A DNA stretch of 64,000 bases, taken from positions 1,952,001 to 2,016,000 of the forward strand of contig CAWFSF010000006.1 of NCBI GenBank assembly GCA_963818475.1, given 5' to 3'. Origin of the DNA: Nitrospirota bacterium. GTDB taxonomy: Bacteria > Nitrospirota > UBA9217. The translations under genes and the position numbers were made by a program. Below, piece by piece: positions 22,422 to 32,607 of the stretch. The notes beneath the pieces are model-generated. The model did no database searches. It saw nothing but the letters and a program-made list of their open reading frames with translations, and was not told where the DNA came from. Each line of letters begins with the position of its first letter. The stretch's first letter is position 1.

Positions 22422-22664
22422 ATGTTTAAAGAAGGATGCCCAGGAAGTATAGAGATCCGGTCGCCCAAGCCGGAAGATATCCGCTGCCAGCAGTGCGGCG
22501 AGAAGATCGAGATCTGGTCCGATGAGCCGGACACGGCATGCAAGAAGTGCGGCCACCTGAACGCCAGGCCCATCGGCACGTCCTGCGTCGAGTGGTGCGC
22601 CTTTGCCAAAGAATGCGTCGGCGCAGAGAAGCTCGAAAAGCTGCTGAAGGCAAGCAAGGGCTGA
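22422..22664 (+). CDS. Small Cys-rich zinc-ribbon protein
   Basis: CPGS..CQQCG..IEIWSDE..CKKCG..CVEWCAFAKEC; AGGAG RBS. Confidence 0.75.
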   Translation: MFKEGCPGSIEIRSPKPEDIRCQQCGEKIEIWSDEPDTACKKCGHLNARPIGTSCVEWCAFAKECVGAEKLEKLLKASKG

Positions 22665-22764
22665 GCCCGGAGCGTTGGTCGGAAGCTGGCTTTCCCCTCC
22701 GGTCGGGGAAAAAAACCGGCGTTACACGGCATTAAAATGTTCTGACCGTGGCGCAGAGGTTTCA

Positions 22765-23256
22765 TTAATCTGTCATTTCGATAGATGTGGTATCTGTAAT
22801 GTTATACGAGACTTTTACATCCATGTCTTTTCGTAATGAGTTGTAGACAGAACAGTATTTTTCGTGCGACAGGGATACGGCTCGGGCGACTTTTTTGGCA
22901 TTCAGGTTCTTCCCGGTAAGATGAAGGATTATGTCAACAGTTTTAAAATACTGCGGTGGCGTTGTATTCCGCTCTCCAATGATATCCACTTTGAAGTTCT
23001 CCAGCGCCATCTTCATCTTCTGCAAAAACATAACGACGTCGATCCCCATACAACCGGCAAGACTCAAGAGTAGAGCGTCCGTTGGTTTGCAACCCCACTG
23101 GACATGGGCGTCAAACTCTATCTCATACCCTTCTTGTGTTCTACCAACGAATATCAGTTCCTTGTCCCAAGTCAACGTCGCTTTGGACACATGATTAATT
23201 TTCTGTTTATATCCGGTTAAAGACTCTTCCAGTCCTTCCTTCTCGTTCTCAGACAT
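22765..23256 (-). CDS. OsmC/Ohr family protein
   Basis: KPTDALLLSLAGCMGIDV...AVSLSHEKYCSV. Confidence 0.88.
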   Translation of the reverse strand: MSENEKEGLEESLTGYKQKINHVSKATLTWDKELIFVGRTQEGYEIEFDAHVQWGCKPTDALLLSLAGCMGIDVVMFLQKMKMALENFKVDIIGERNTTPPQYFKTVDIILHLTGKNLNAKKVARAVSLSHEKYCSVYNSLRKDMDVKVSYNITDTTSIEMTD

Positions 23257-23329
23257 AATGACTCCCCATTGCTTCTTTTCACGTTTGTCAAGCAAAGAAC
23301 CCGCCCCGGCTTGGAACGGGTCTTTTTTT

Positions 23330-23785
23330 CTATCTTCTCCATCCCGCCCATGCGGGAACGCCCGCGCTATCCCGCAGGATAAGGACACTGTCACCCTTTT
23401 TGCACTCTGCCGCGATGATGACAGGTTTGCCATCGAAGGTTATCCTTGACCCCTTCACCTCGATCTTGTCGCCTTTTTCAAGCTTTACGTCTTGCCGCTC
23501 AATGTACCATTCCGGTCCGAGATGAACGGCTATGGTCTCCTTGTCCGTCTTAAGCATGAGATGGATGCCGGAGTACATCCCCTTTGTCGGCGTGATCTTG
23601 TCCACTGATTCAACAACGCCCGAAACGGTCTCCACCGTTGCCGGATCGTACATTCTCTGGTAGGACGAGCCCATGCCCCACCCGCCGCTCCCTCGCCAGC
23701 CTTTCCAGGGGCCCGCAAGGGCGATTGAAGAGACAAAAAGCACTGATAACGCAACTGCCATGCTGATAATTCTTGCTGTTCTCAT
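23330..23785 (-). CDS. Exported OB-fold-like protein
   Basis: Signal peptide ending ALA, Gly-rich linker, YDPATVETVSG.V, VHLGPEWY, GDKIEVKGS, LRD..G.PAW; AGGAGG RBS. Confidence 0.75.
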   Translation of the reverse strand: MRTARIISMAVALSVLFVSSIALAGPWKGWRGSGGWGMGSSYQRMYDPATVETVSGVVESVDKITPTKGMYSGIHLMLKTDKETIAVHLGPEWYIERQDVKLEKGDKIEVKGSRITFDGKPVIIAAECKKGDSVLILRDSAGVPAWAGWRR

Positions 23786-23829
23786 GACTGCCTCCTTTGA
23801 GCCGGGATAATTTAGCGTGCTCTGGTACC

Positions 23830-24146
23830 TATCCGTTTTTGGGTAAAGTAAAACTGAAGTGCTGCCTTTCCCAAGCGTGCTTACCACCCCTATCTTTCCG
23901 CCATGCGCCTCGATGATCGTTTTGACGATGAACAATCCGAGCCCGGACCCTTTTGAGTCCAGGCTTATACGAAAAAATGCGCCAAACATATAGGGCAGTT
24001 TATCTTCCTGGAGCCCTCATCCGTAATGGCAACATGCAGTGCGTCGTCCCTCGCGGTAAGCGTAATGCCTATGCTTCCGCCAGTGTCCGTTCGGCGTTAA
24101 TGGCGCAGGCTTTAAATATTGGAATCGCTCCATCCATAAGCAGCAT
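23830..24146 (-). pseudogene. Remnant of a histidine kinase HATPase domain
   Basis: GGSIGITL..ALHVAITDEG..LPYMFGAFFR..KGSGLGLFIVKTIIEAHGGKIGVVSTLGKGS, with no HisKA or sensor part. Confidence 0.65.
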
Positions 24147-24482
24147 TTATTCTACGCCGAATCCATGAGGATTGCCGTCCATGATCTGGGTAAGAGCCTC
24201 CTGCATGAGACTGCAAGCGTTAATAAGCTGCTCATTCGCTATTCTGTAGTAGATGTTCGTGCCGTCTCTTCTCGTTTTAAGGATACCTCGCATGCGCATC
24301 ACCATGAGATGCTGAGAGGTATTGGCCTTCGTAGTTCCTAACGCTTTCGTAATATCGCTGACGGCCATCTCCCCAGCCTTCAAGAGATTAAGAACCTCTA
24401 GACGTTTAGTATTGGAAAAGGTTTTGCAGACTTGCGATTGGAAGTCCAGTATTTTTTCTTTCATACCATCACTCTCGGTCAT
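24147..24482 (-). CDS. ArsR/SmtB family transcriptional regulator
   Basis: KTFSNTKRLEVLNLL..E..VSDI..SQHL..MR..GILKTRRDG..IYY. Confidence 0.9.
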   Translation of the reverse strand: MTESDGMKEKILDFQSQVCKTFSNTKRLEVLNLLKAGEMAVSDITKALGTTKANTSQHLMVMRMRGILKTRRDGTNIYYRIANEQLINACSLMQEALTQIMDGNPHGFGVE

Positions 24483-24533
24483 TTAAACATCGACGGAACT
24501 ACACACAACCGTTCATTAAAATATGGTGATGAA

Positions 24534-24902
24534 TTAAAATGTCACGTTCTGTCGTTTCATAAGCAGCTCACCGAGGTAGGAGCCCGGCTTAACTTCTGCG
24601 TTCTTTATCCACTCGGCTCCTGCAAGGCCATATGGCTTCACACATGATGCGCAGATATAGAACTTACAATCGAAGTCTTCCACCAGGCTTTTCATAAGTT
24701 CCGCAACGGGCGAAAACCCTTTTTGAAACGTAACCGACTCGGCAAATCCCTTATGTACCAGATGCACGCCTTCGTTCATGAGAAAGAAATCTATTTTGGC
24801 ATCAAACGCCAGCATGTTGGTGGCAAGCTGGAGCGCTGCGGCCGCGCGTTCAATCGCATCATACGAATGAGTGAGAACAAATACGAATTCCTTATTTTCC
24901 AT
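24534..24902 (-). CDS. DsrE/DsrF-like family protein
   Basis: FFLMNEGVHL, FYICASCVKPYG, about 120 aa. Confidence 0.8.
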   Translation of the reverse strand: MENKEFVFVLTHSYDAIERAAAALQLATNMLAFDAKIDFFLMNEGVHLVHKGFAESVTFQKGFSPVAELMKSLVEDFDCKFYICASCVKPYGLAGAEWIKNAEVKPGSYLGELLMKRQNVTF

Positions 24903-24933
24903 TTTATTTCCCTCGTGATAGTGATGTAATTAT

Positions 24934-25314
24934 TTAATGCGCGCAGCCCCCGTCATTACTGTGGCCGCCGCAGCATCCCTGAACCGTCAACACGGGAAGC
25001 GTCTTAGCGTGAAACATCGAAAGATTTTCTCGTATTGTTTCCCCCTGTGAACGATGCACCGTGATCCCCATCTGGTTCAGCCTCGTGAGCGCTCCTGCCC
25101 CGATGCCGCCAACGACAATCGCATCGACTTTTTGATCGTCGAGCGCCTTCATTGGATTGCACGAGCCATGTGTGTGGTGCTGGTCTTGATTGTTGATAGA
25201 CGCAACGCCGTTTGTTTCCGTATCGAAAACGACAAATACCGGCGCTGAGCCAAAGTGGTTGTACACCGTGCTCTCGATCCCATTATCATCCTGGACGGGA
25301 AAACAGACCTTCAT
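24934..25314 (-). CDS. NifB/NifX family (FeMo-cofactor-binding-like) protein
   Basis: HFGSAPVF, VDAIVVGGIGAGA..L..GI.V, C-terminal CCGGH..CAH. Confidence 0.88.
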   Translation of the reverse strand: MKVCFPVQDDNGIESTVYNHFGSAPVFVVFDTETNGVASINNQDQHHTHGSCNPMKALDDQKVDAIVVGGIGAGALTRLNQMGITVHRSQGETIRENLSMFHAKTLPVLTVQGCCGGHSNDGGCAH

Positions 25315-25348
25315 GTGCAGTTCCTCCTCTGTATCATTTATACGACGA

Positions 25349-25624
25349 TTATTCAAATACGATAGCCTGACCTTTGCTCAGTGCCTTCGCAACTTTTTTC
25401 CTCGCAACAGCAAGTATTCTCTGAATGGTTGCTCGCGATACGCCCATCCTCGCGCCGGCCTGCGCTTGCGTAAGATCGTCAAGATCGCAGAGCTTTAAAG
25501 CCTCAAGCTCTTCCCGCAAGAGTGGTATTTGCTTTACCTCGGACATCATTACGCATGTGGGTTTGAAAGCTTTGCCTTTAAACTTGCATTTGCAGTTTCG
25601 CGGTTTTTTACACCTTGGCGACAT
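25349..25624 (-). CDS. DUF134 family HTH protein
   Basis: MSPRCKKPR..FKP..EELEALKLCDLDDLTQAQAGARMGVSRATIQRIL..ARKKVAKAL..G.AI. Confidence 0.9.
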   Translation of the reverse strand: MSPRCKKPRNCKCKFKGKAFKPTCVMMSEVKQIPLLREELEALKLCDLDDLTQAQAGARMGVSRATIQRILAVARKKVAKALSKGQAIVFE

Positions 25625-25640
25625 GCTTACCCCTTTTTTG

Positions 25641-25688
25641 TTATGAGCATATGCTCACAACGATAGCAGGCACGGCTATTGTTGTCAA
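25641..25688 (-). promoter_or_regulatory. Promoter and palindromic operator upstream of DUF134
   Basis: TTGACA (25688-25683), 17 bp, TATCGT; perfect palindrome TGAGCATATGCTCA (25644-25657) immediately downstream. Confidence 0.65.
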
Positions 25689-25849
25689 GTTTTGCTTAAT
25701 GAAAGTTTACTTTTTAAGCCAATGTTGTCGAAATATAATACCGTTTTATTCCGCATGCAGGCTTTGTCATGCGATACAGTGAAGCAGGATGGGTCGGACA
25801 AGCCTCTCCCCTTCCCCGGAGTCTCCGAAGAGTGACGCAAAGATCGGCT

Positions 25850-26146
25850 TTCTCTTGAAATCGATGCAGGTGTCGTTGCGATGCGATAGAGTCAGGTGGA
25901 GAGCAGCGCTTTGGGCTGGAACCGGGGCAGGCCAGGTATGCCTTCAGGAAAGCATCCTGTGCAGCATCCTCTGCGTCGTGGGGGTTGCCCAGCGTATGGC
26001 GGCAGAGGCTGTATATCTTCTCCTGCTTCGAGGACGATCTCGCCGAATGCTGCGGTATCGCCGTTCTTGAATCTGTTTATACGATCGAGGTCATCAGGCG
26101 CCGAATTATACAGAGGACGCCCCTTTTCAAAGAAGATCTCCTGCAT
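25850..26146 (-). pseudogene. Truncated ECF sigma factor (region 2 only)
   Basis: KNGDTAAFGEIV..IYSLC..GNPHDAEDAAQDAFLKAY..ST.LYRIA across frames; no region 4 seen. Confidence 0.65.
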
Positions 26147-26212
26147 TGCTTTTCTTGCTCCTGTCGGCAAAACACCCGCAGCAAGAGTTCGGACAAAAGA
26201 CCGGCATGCCGC

Positions 26213-26812
26213 CTATTTTTTCTGCACATAGTTTGGATATATCTTAGCCGCACACTCGGAGCACAGGCCATGGCTGAACTCAGCGTTGGAATGGGTACTG
26301 ATGTAAGCTTCCATCTGGGTCCAGACGCCCTGGTCATCGCGGATCTTCTTGCAGTGCATGCAGATCGGCAATAAGCCCTGCAATACTTTTATTTCCTTCA
26401 AGGAGTTTTCCAATTGGGTGAGCAGCTTTTTCCGCTCGATCGCATAACGGATCGAACGTGTCATCATTCCCCCTGTCACCTGTCCTTTGACGAGAAAGTC
26501 CTGGGCCCCCTTCTGCACGGCCAGGGTGGCAACCTCGTCATTGTCGTTGCCGGTCAGCACAATGACCGGCAGACCGGGGCTTTTCTCCTGAACCCTGAGA
26601 AAGGTATCAAGCCCCTGGCTGTCAGGCAGGCCGAGATCCTGCATCACGATATCGAACGATCCCTTTTCAAGAGATTCGAGCCCCGTGGCGAGCCGAACAG
26701 CCCGGGTAATATGAAAAGAGCACTTTACCGAAGGCGCCAGGAATTTCTGGATGAGCAATGCGTCTTCGTCATCATCCTCGATGAGCAGTATGGAAATCGT
26801 ATCGGAGGTCAT
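26213..26812 (-). CDS. Response regulator with C-terminal Cys/His (CxxC..H..CxxC) domain
   Basis: ILLIEDD, DLGLPD, VLTG, AQDFLVK; LLPICMHCKKIRDD..FSHGLCSEC. Confidence 0.9.
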   Translation of the reverse strand: MTSDTISILLIEDDDEDALLIQKFLAPSVKCSFHITRAVRLATGLESLEKGSFDIVMQDLGLPDSQGLDTFLRVQEKSPGLPVIVLTGNDNDEVATLAVQKGAQDFLVKGQVTGGMMTRSIRYAIERKKLLTQLENSLKEIKVLQGLLPICMHCKKIRDDQGVWTQMEAYISTHSNAEFSHGLCSECAAKIYPNYVQKK

Positions 26813-27270
26813 GGCAGTTCCTTTCCGCCGGAAGGGAGCTTGACGAGCGAGAACCAGAAATCATCGATCTCATGTACGACCTTGATAAAGGCCTCAAAAC
26901 CGAGAGGCTTGACAAGGTAGCAGTTCGCGCCGAGATCATAGCACTTGGCAATATCAGAATCCGATCCCGAGGTGGTGAGAATGATCACCGGGATCGACCT
27001 CAGGGCAGCATCACCCTTGATTTCTCTGAGCACTTCGCGTCCGTCCTTCTTCGGCAGATTGAGGTCCAGCAGGACCAGATCAGGACGGGTTGCGGCAGGA
27101 TAGGGGTGTTGCCGCTTCAGGTACTTGAGCGCCGATGCTCCGTCTGGGACAACATGCAGATTGACGATCATCTTGGCGGTTTTCAAAGCTTTTCTGGTCA
27201 ATTCCACATCGCCGGGGTCATCCTCGACCAGCAGCACATCTGCAGCTTCTTTCATACTCACCTCCAGCAC
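26809..27270 (-). CDS. Single-domain response regulator (Rcp1-like)
   Basis: LLVEDDPGD, PDLVLLDLNLPKKDG, IPVIILTTS, GANCYLVKP. Confidence 0.92.
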   Translation of the reverse strand: MLEVSMKEAADVLLVEDDPGDVELTRKALKTAKMIVNLHVVPDGASALKYLKRQHPYPAATRPDLVLLDLNLPKKDGREVLREIKGDAALRSIPVIILTTSGSDSDIAKCYDLGANCYLVKPLGFEAFIKVVHEIDDFWFSLVKLPSGGKELP

Positions 27271-27320
27271 TCAATATGGGATTACATCACTCTGCCGGCA
27301 TCCGGCTGCGCTGAAGCCCT

Positions 27321-29049
27321 TTACGCAGGAATGGTAAAGCGAAATGTCGACCCTTTCCCCTGCTCCGACTCGACCCAGATGCGTCCCTTATGCCTCTCAA
27401 CGATCTTCTTGCAGATAGCGAGACCCAGGCCGGTTCCGGGATATTCCGTCCGCGTATGAAGCCGCTGGAACATGACAAATATGCGATCAGCATACTCAGG
27501 CGCGACGCCGATGCCGTTGTCCTGCACCGAGAAGATCCATTCCTTGTCGCGTTGTTCCGCGGAAATATGAACCTGCGGGGGCCGCTGTGCCGCGGAATTT
27601 TACTGCATTCGTGATCAGGTTCTGAAAGACCTGGCCGAGCTGCACTCCATCGGCATTGACAGTCGGCAGAGGGTCATAGGTTACGGCAGCGCCCGCCTCG
27701 TCGATGGCCAGGTGGATATACCTGAGCGTACTGTCCAGGACCTCGTTGCAATCGGTCGGGCTGAATTCCTTTCCCCGGCTGTCAATGCGCGAGTATTCGA
27801 GCAGTTCCCGGATCTGCGTCTGCATCCGGTATGCGCCGTCGATGATATATTCCAGATACCGGTCGGCCTCGGCATCCAGCCGGCCTTTATACTGCGATGC
27901 AAGCAGTTCGGAAAAGCTCGCGATCTTGCGCAACGGCTCCTGCAGGTCATGGGAGGCCACATAGGCAAACTGCTCAAGCTCCTCGTTGCTCTTCTTGAGC
28001 TTGTCCTCGTAGCGCAGCCGCTCTTCGTCGCCCGCCTCAATGGTTTGCATCATGGTGAGTGTCATGTTCCCGAAGGCTCCCATCTCATCGTGCCTGCTGG
28101 AATCGCCGGCGAGTCCTGCTGCGAACAGAGGATCTACTTTTCGTACCCGGGCAAATTGCTCGGTTGCATTGCTCAGAAAGAGGAGACGGCGGATGTAGCG
28201 GGTGATCCAGGAGCCAAGGGACAGCCATATGGCCGCGGCCAGGGCGGCAAGCACCGCCACGCTGAGCAAAACAGTCTCCGCGGCGCTGAAGGGACGGCTG
28301 ACGTGCCTCCTGATCACCAGAACCGGCGTTTCCGGTTTACTCAAGTTAGCTCCGGTGAAGGGGAGCAGGATCTCTTCGTAATAGCTGTTGTCGATGACAC
28401 GTTTCCCCGCGATCTTCGAAAATTGCGCAATGCCTTCATACCCCTGTGACGATGCGGTCGCCTGTCCATTCCAGGTTAAATAGAGATCTGTATCGGGATA
28501 GGAGATCTCTCCGAGAAAAGCGTTGTCAAGTGGTTTCAGCAGGAGAAGATAACCCATTCCGTCGGAACCCATAAACACCGGGAGCCTGAAAACGCGATAG
28601 ATCCTTTCCTTGAACTGCAGGTACTCCTGCGACCACTCCACCTGCGTAGTTGAAACAAACGGGATCATCTCCGGGCCGTCTCCGAACCTGAACAGCATCT
28701 TGCCGTTGCTGTCCGAGACTGCCACAAAGGAGTATTGGCGGGTGCTTCCCTGGGCGATAAAATAGGCTTGGAGCTTTTCCCAGCGCAGCACCCGATCCTC
28801 CAGATATTTCGTCAGCTCAACAAGCGTTTTGGTGCGCAGGACCTCCTCTTCCCAAATCTGATTTTGCCGTTCAAGCCGTTCCTTGAAATGGTTGGTCGTG
28901 TTTCTCCGTACCGTCAACTTTGCCTTCTGAAAAGCGGCATTGTTCAGCCAGAACGCGGCAGCAGCCACGACTACGATGGCAACACACGAAACCGACAACA
29001 GTCGTAAGAATGCCTGTTTTTTCATCGAAGCGGCAACAGGGAGGAACAT
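27321..29049 (-). CDS. Membrane sensor histidine kinase with Cph1-type transmitter (frameshift near 27570)
   Basis: Two TMs, [59 protein letters not shown]. Confidence 0.9.
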
Positions 29050-30074
29050 TATTTCTTGCTCCCGGACCAGCGATCGTCAACCAGGCCCTCCAGGGAGAGG
29101 GGCGATGATGATGCCGGCAAAGAACCTTTGAAAAACCGCTCGGTCTCCTGCATCTGCTGTTTGGAAAATCGTCCATCCGGACTGAACATGTTCGGGTATT
29201 TTTTCAAGGTCAGAAGCAGCCAGCGCTTCTCCTCGGGATCCTGGACCTCGAGTTTATCCACGATCTGCTCCGGTGTGGCTTTCGACATCCACTCCAGGGT
29301 CCGTTTTACTATTTTGACCATGACTTCTACTTTTTTTGGTTCGCGCTGAACAACCTCCCCCCGGGTCGCCACAACAGCGTGGAGGAATCCCGCGTCAGGA
29401 ATCTTTTTTGCTGTTGACGGGTCCGCAAGATTCATAAGAAAAAAAACTTCTTTTTCAGCCAGGAGACGCGAAGCAAAGGGTTCGCTGCCCATCACTGCGT
29501 CCACGGTGTGGCTTTTGAACAGCGCAGAGAGCAACTCGTAACTATGTTCCGCGGAGACATAACGGACGAGTTCCGGAGACACGCCGTTCGCCTTCAACAC
29601 CATCTCGGTAAGCTGCTGGGAGACGGTCTTGCTTGATAACGAACTGGTATAGATCCCTATCACCCTCCCTTTCAGGTCAGCAATGGTCCTGACCTTGTCC
29701 TTGAGATCCGCCCGGACCATGAGAATAAAAATGGGCACATTGCCGCTGAGAGGTGCGATTACAACGACACTTCCGCCATTGTTTTTCAGCGACATGGCGG
29801 CGGGCGTGCCTGCGACACCGAAATCCGTATTGCGCGACATGAGTTCCTTATACACCACGCCGCCGCCGCTTAAGTAGCGCACGGTCACCACGGCTCCTTC
29901 CGCCTTATCCGCGCCGATCTTTGAAATAAGGTCGATGGGCAGATAGCTCAGGCTGCGCGGTCCGGGTACGCTCACCACGATCTGGAGGGGTGGTTCCGCT
30001 GCCTGCGCAGTCCACCCGGCTGCCAGGAGCAAAGACGAAACAATAATGCTTAAGATTCTGTGTTTTTGCGACAT
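29049..30074 (-). CDS. ABC-type substrate-binding protein (NMT1/THI5/SsuA-like)
   Basis: Signal peptide AQA, IADLKGRVIG, VDAVMGSEPF; stop overlaps the kinase ATG. Confidence 0.82.
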   Translation of the reverse strand: MSQKHRILSIIVSSLLLAAGWTAQAAEPPLQIVVSVPGPRSLSYLPIDLISKIGADKAEGAVVTVRYLSGGGVVYKELMSRNTDFGVAGTPAAMSLKNNGGSVVVIAPLSGNVPIFILMVRADLKDKVRTIADLKGRVIGIYTSSLSSKTVSQQLTEMVLKANGVSPELVRYVSAEHSYELLSALFKSHTVDAVMGSEPFASRLLAEKEVFFLMNLADPSTAKKIPDAGFLHAVVATRGEVVQREPKKVEVMVKIVKRTLEWMSKATPEQIVDKLEVQDPEEKRWLLLTLKKYPNMFSPDGRFSKQQMQETERFFKGSLPASSSPLSLEGLVDDRWSGSKK

Positions 30075-30159
30075 AGGGAAGCCTCCTGACGAGAAACGCT
30101 GCGTTTATGCGCAATGAAACAATTCACAGAGTACGAGCAACCTTGGATGACGATCTGTT

Positions 30160-32190
30160 TCATGTTTTTCCATTATCCAGTACGCTTCTTATCGTTTTCA
30201 GCAGCGTCGGGATCGACGCGGGCTTATAGACCACGGGCACTTTCCGTTCAAGCAGCGACTTTTGACGGATCAAATCCGGATCGTATCCGCTCGCGAAAAT
30301 GACCCTGATGTCCGCCCGCATCTTCCGGATCTCATCATAGGCATCCTTGCCCGTTTTTTTGGGCATGATGAGATCGAACAGGAGGAGCTGGATGCGGTCC
30401 TTATTGTCCGTGAACTTCTTAACTGCATCTGCTCCGTCAACAGCCGTGATGACCGTATAACCAAAATCCCGCAGTATTTGCCCGGTGATATCAAGGACAC
30501 GCTTATCATCTTCCGCCAAAAGGATTGTTTCCGAGCCTCCTACGGGTGGTTCCTCCGCGGCATTCTCCTTTTCTTCGGACACGCCTGTTGCGATAACGGG
30601 GAAATAGATCCGGAAGGTCGTGCCCTGGCCCGGTTCGCTGTATACATTGATCAAGCCCTCGTGCTGTTTCACGATGCCGTACACGACCGCCAGGCCGAGC
30701 CCGGTGCCTTTCCCGACCTCCTTGGTTGTGAAGAAAGGTTCGAAAATTCGCTGCGTTGTTTCCTCATTCATTCCCTGGCCCGTATCCGATACGGTTATCA
30801 AGACATACCTGCCGGACATCCCGAGACCGTGGGTGGAAGCGAACGTTTCATCAAGCCAGGCCTGTTCTGTGGTAATCTTGAAAATACCGCCCTGAGGCAT
30901 GGCGTCCCGCGCATTCGTGGCAAGATTCATCAGGACCTGATCGACCTGGTGTGAATCCGCAAAAATACGCATGTCGCCTCCGGATAACGTGGTTTTGAAC
31001 GCAATGTCCTCTCCGATGATCCGCGAAAGGAACATGGCCACCTTCTGGATGTGCTCGTTCAGCTTAACGGGTTTCCGGTCGATGGGCTGTTTTCTGCTGA
31101 ACAGGAGGAGGTCTTTGGTGAGATGCGCTGCCCGGTCTGCCGCTTCCAGCACATGTTCGACATTCTGTCGTTGAGAATCGCTCTTGGGCATTTTGTTAAG
31201 CACCATGTTGCCGTAGCCGATGATGGCGGTAAGCAGATTGTTGAAATCATGGGCCACGCCGCCGGCAAGGGTGCCGATGGACTCCATCTTCTGGGATTGG
31301 CGGAGCTGGTCTTCGAGTTTTTTGCGCTCCGTGATGTCAAGGATTGCCCCGATCAGCCCTATGATGGCTCCCTGACTGTCCGTGAAAACCGCCTTGTTGA
31401 AGATGACATTGCGCAGCAGGCCGTGCGCGTTCTTTACCTGAGACTCATATTGCTGCACCTCCCCGCTCTCGAAAAGCTCGGCATCCTTGGCGCGATATAT
31501 TTCGGCAAGCTCCTGCGGGTTGATGTCGAACACTGTCTTACCGATCAGTCGTTCCCTTGTTGCGCCGAAAAAGGTCTCGAAAGCGTTGTTGAAGCCCAGG
31601 TATCGTCCATCCCTGTCCTTATAAAAAACCGGAATAGGGATCGCATTGAGCAGCGTGTTCAGAAAAAACTCGCTTTCTCGCAGCGCCACTTCGGCGCTCT
31701 TGCGGTCGGAGATGTCTATTCCTGGACTGACGAAGCCGGTTTTGGCAGAAACCCTTGATTCTGCGGCTTGCCATTCGGAGATCTGCTCGGAGAGTCGTTG
31801 GGTGCGCTGCTGAATCAGGGTTTCGATATCTCTCTGAGGGAAATCGTTCAGGCGGCGCTGTTGACGCTCCTCCAGAATGATTGCCGCCATAAAACTCAGG
31901 TAACGGATGGAGGAAGAGTAAGGCAGGAATTGTTCCGGATCGGAGACGGTAATAATGATCTCGCCAAAGTGTTTATCGTTGCTGCGAAGCGGAAAATGGT
32001 GCGCGTTGGCCAGGTTTCTATCGTCACGGTCGGTTGCCGTCCCGTCATGATCATGCCTCACATCTTGAACACCAGGCACATCTTTCAGGCCGTTGCAAAC
32101 CATGTTGAAAATGGCATCTTCTTCGGCCAGTTGGCCGACCATGCTCTGCATGGCCAGGATCCTGGCAAGAATATCGGCGCGAAGTGTCAT
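30160..32190 (-). CDS. Hybrid PAS histidine kinase-response regulator
   Basis: PAS ([13 protein letters not shown]), [43 protein letters not shown] domain. Confidence 0.92.
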   Translation of the reverse strand: MTLRADILARILAMQSMVGQLAEEDAIFNMVCNGLKDVPGVQDVRHDHDGTATDRDDRNLANAHHFPLRSNDKHFGEIIITVSDPEQFLPYSSSIRYLSFMAAIILEERQQRRLNDFPQRDIETLIQQRTQRLSEQISEWQAAESRVSAKTGFVSPGIDISDRKSAEVALRESEFFLNTLLNAIPIPVFYKDRDGRYLGFNNAFETFFGATRERLIGKTVFDINPQELAEIYRAKDAELFESGEVQQYESQVKNAHGLLRNVIFNKAVFTDSQGAIIGLIGAILDITERKKLEDQLRQSQKMESIGTLAGGVAHDFNNLLTAIIGYGNMVLNKMPKSDSQRQNVEHVLEAADRAAHLTKDLLLFSRKQPIDRKPVKLNEHIQKVAMFLSRIIGEDIAFKTTLSGGDMRIFADSHQVDQVLMNLATNARDAMPQGGIFKITTEQAWLDETFASTHGLGMSGRYVLITVSDTGQGMNEETTQRIFEPFFTTKEVGKGTGLGLAVVYGIVKQHEGLINVYSEPGQGTTFRIYFPVIATGVSEEKENAAEEPPVGGSETILLAEDDKRVLDITGQILRDFGYTVITAVDGADAVKKFTDNKDRIQLLLFDLIMPKKTGKDAYDEIRKMRADIRVIFASGYDPDLIRQKSLLERKVPVVYKPASIPTLLKTIRSVLDNGKT

Positions 32191-32607
32191 GAGTTATGCC
32201 TTCTTTGCCCGTGAAAATCCAGGGGGAATAATAAATGGTTGCAAACAACCACTTCGCGGATGAACATCCAAGATGATTGGACCCCGCTTTCCTCTATGAT
32301 ACCATAAAGTGCACTATTTCACTAAACGGTAAAAAAGGTATTCCAACATTTTTCAAAATTATGACCACTGTTTGTCCGAGTAGTTCACCACCTCCGAGCA
32401 TTCCTCAGTACCCTTCGGTGGTACCCTATTTGTCTCTCCGGTTTTCGACCATCACCCATTTCCCTGCCTCAAATCAGTTGACACTGAGAACCGTTCTGCT
32501 GTATTTTAAATCTGCATCTGCCAGACAGAATATCCGGATCATCGCAGATCCTGTTCCGTTGGCGCGATAACGCTGTCACGAGTCCGCAGTTAACGAGGCG
32601 CTGCCTG

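Noticed and set aside
23330-23989. 219-aa HATPase/OB-fold fusion ORF; also a possible magnetosome link
   Set aside because: An RBS and signal peptide at 23785 mark the real start, and the upstream part is a kinase remnant that happens to be in frame. No mam or mad gene cluster is present.
24934-25314. Nitrogen fixation gene
   Set aside because: NifB/NifX-like domains next to DUF134 are common outside diazotrophs, and there is no nifHDK here.
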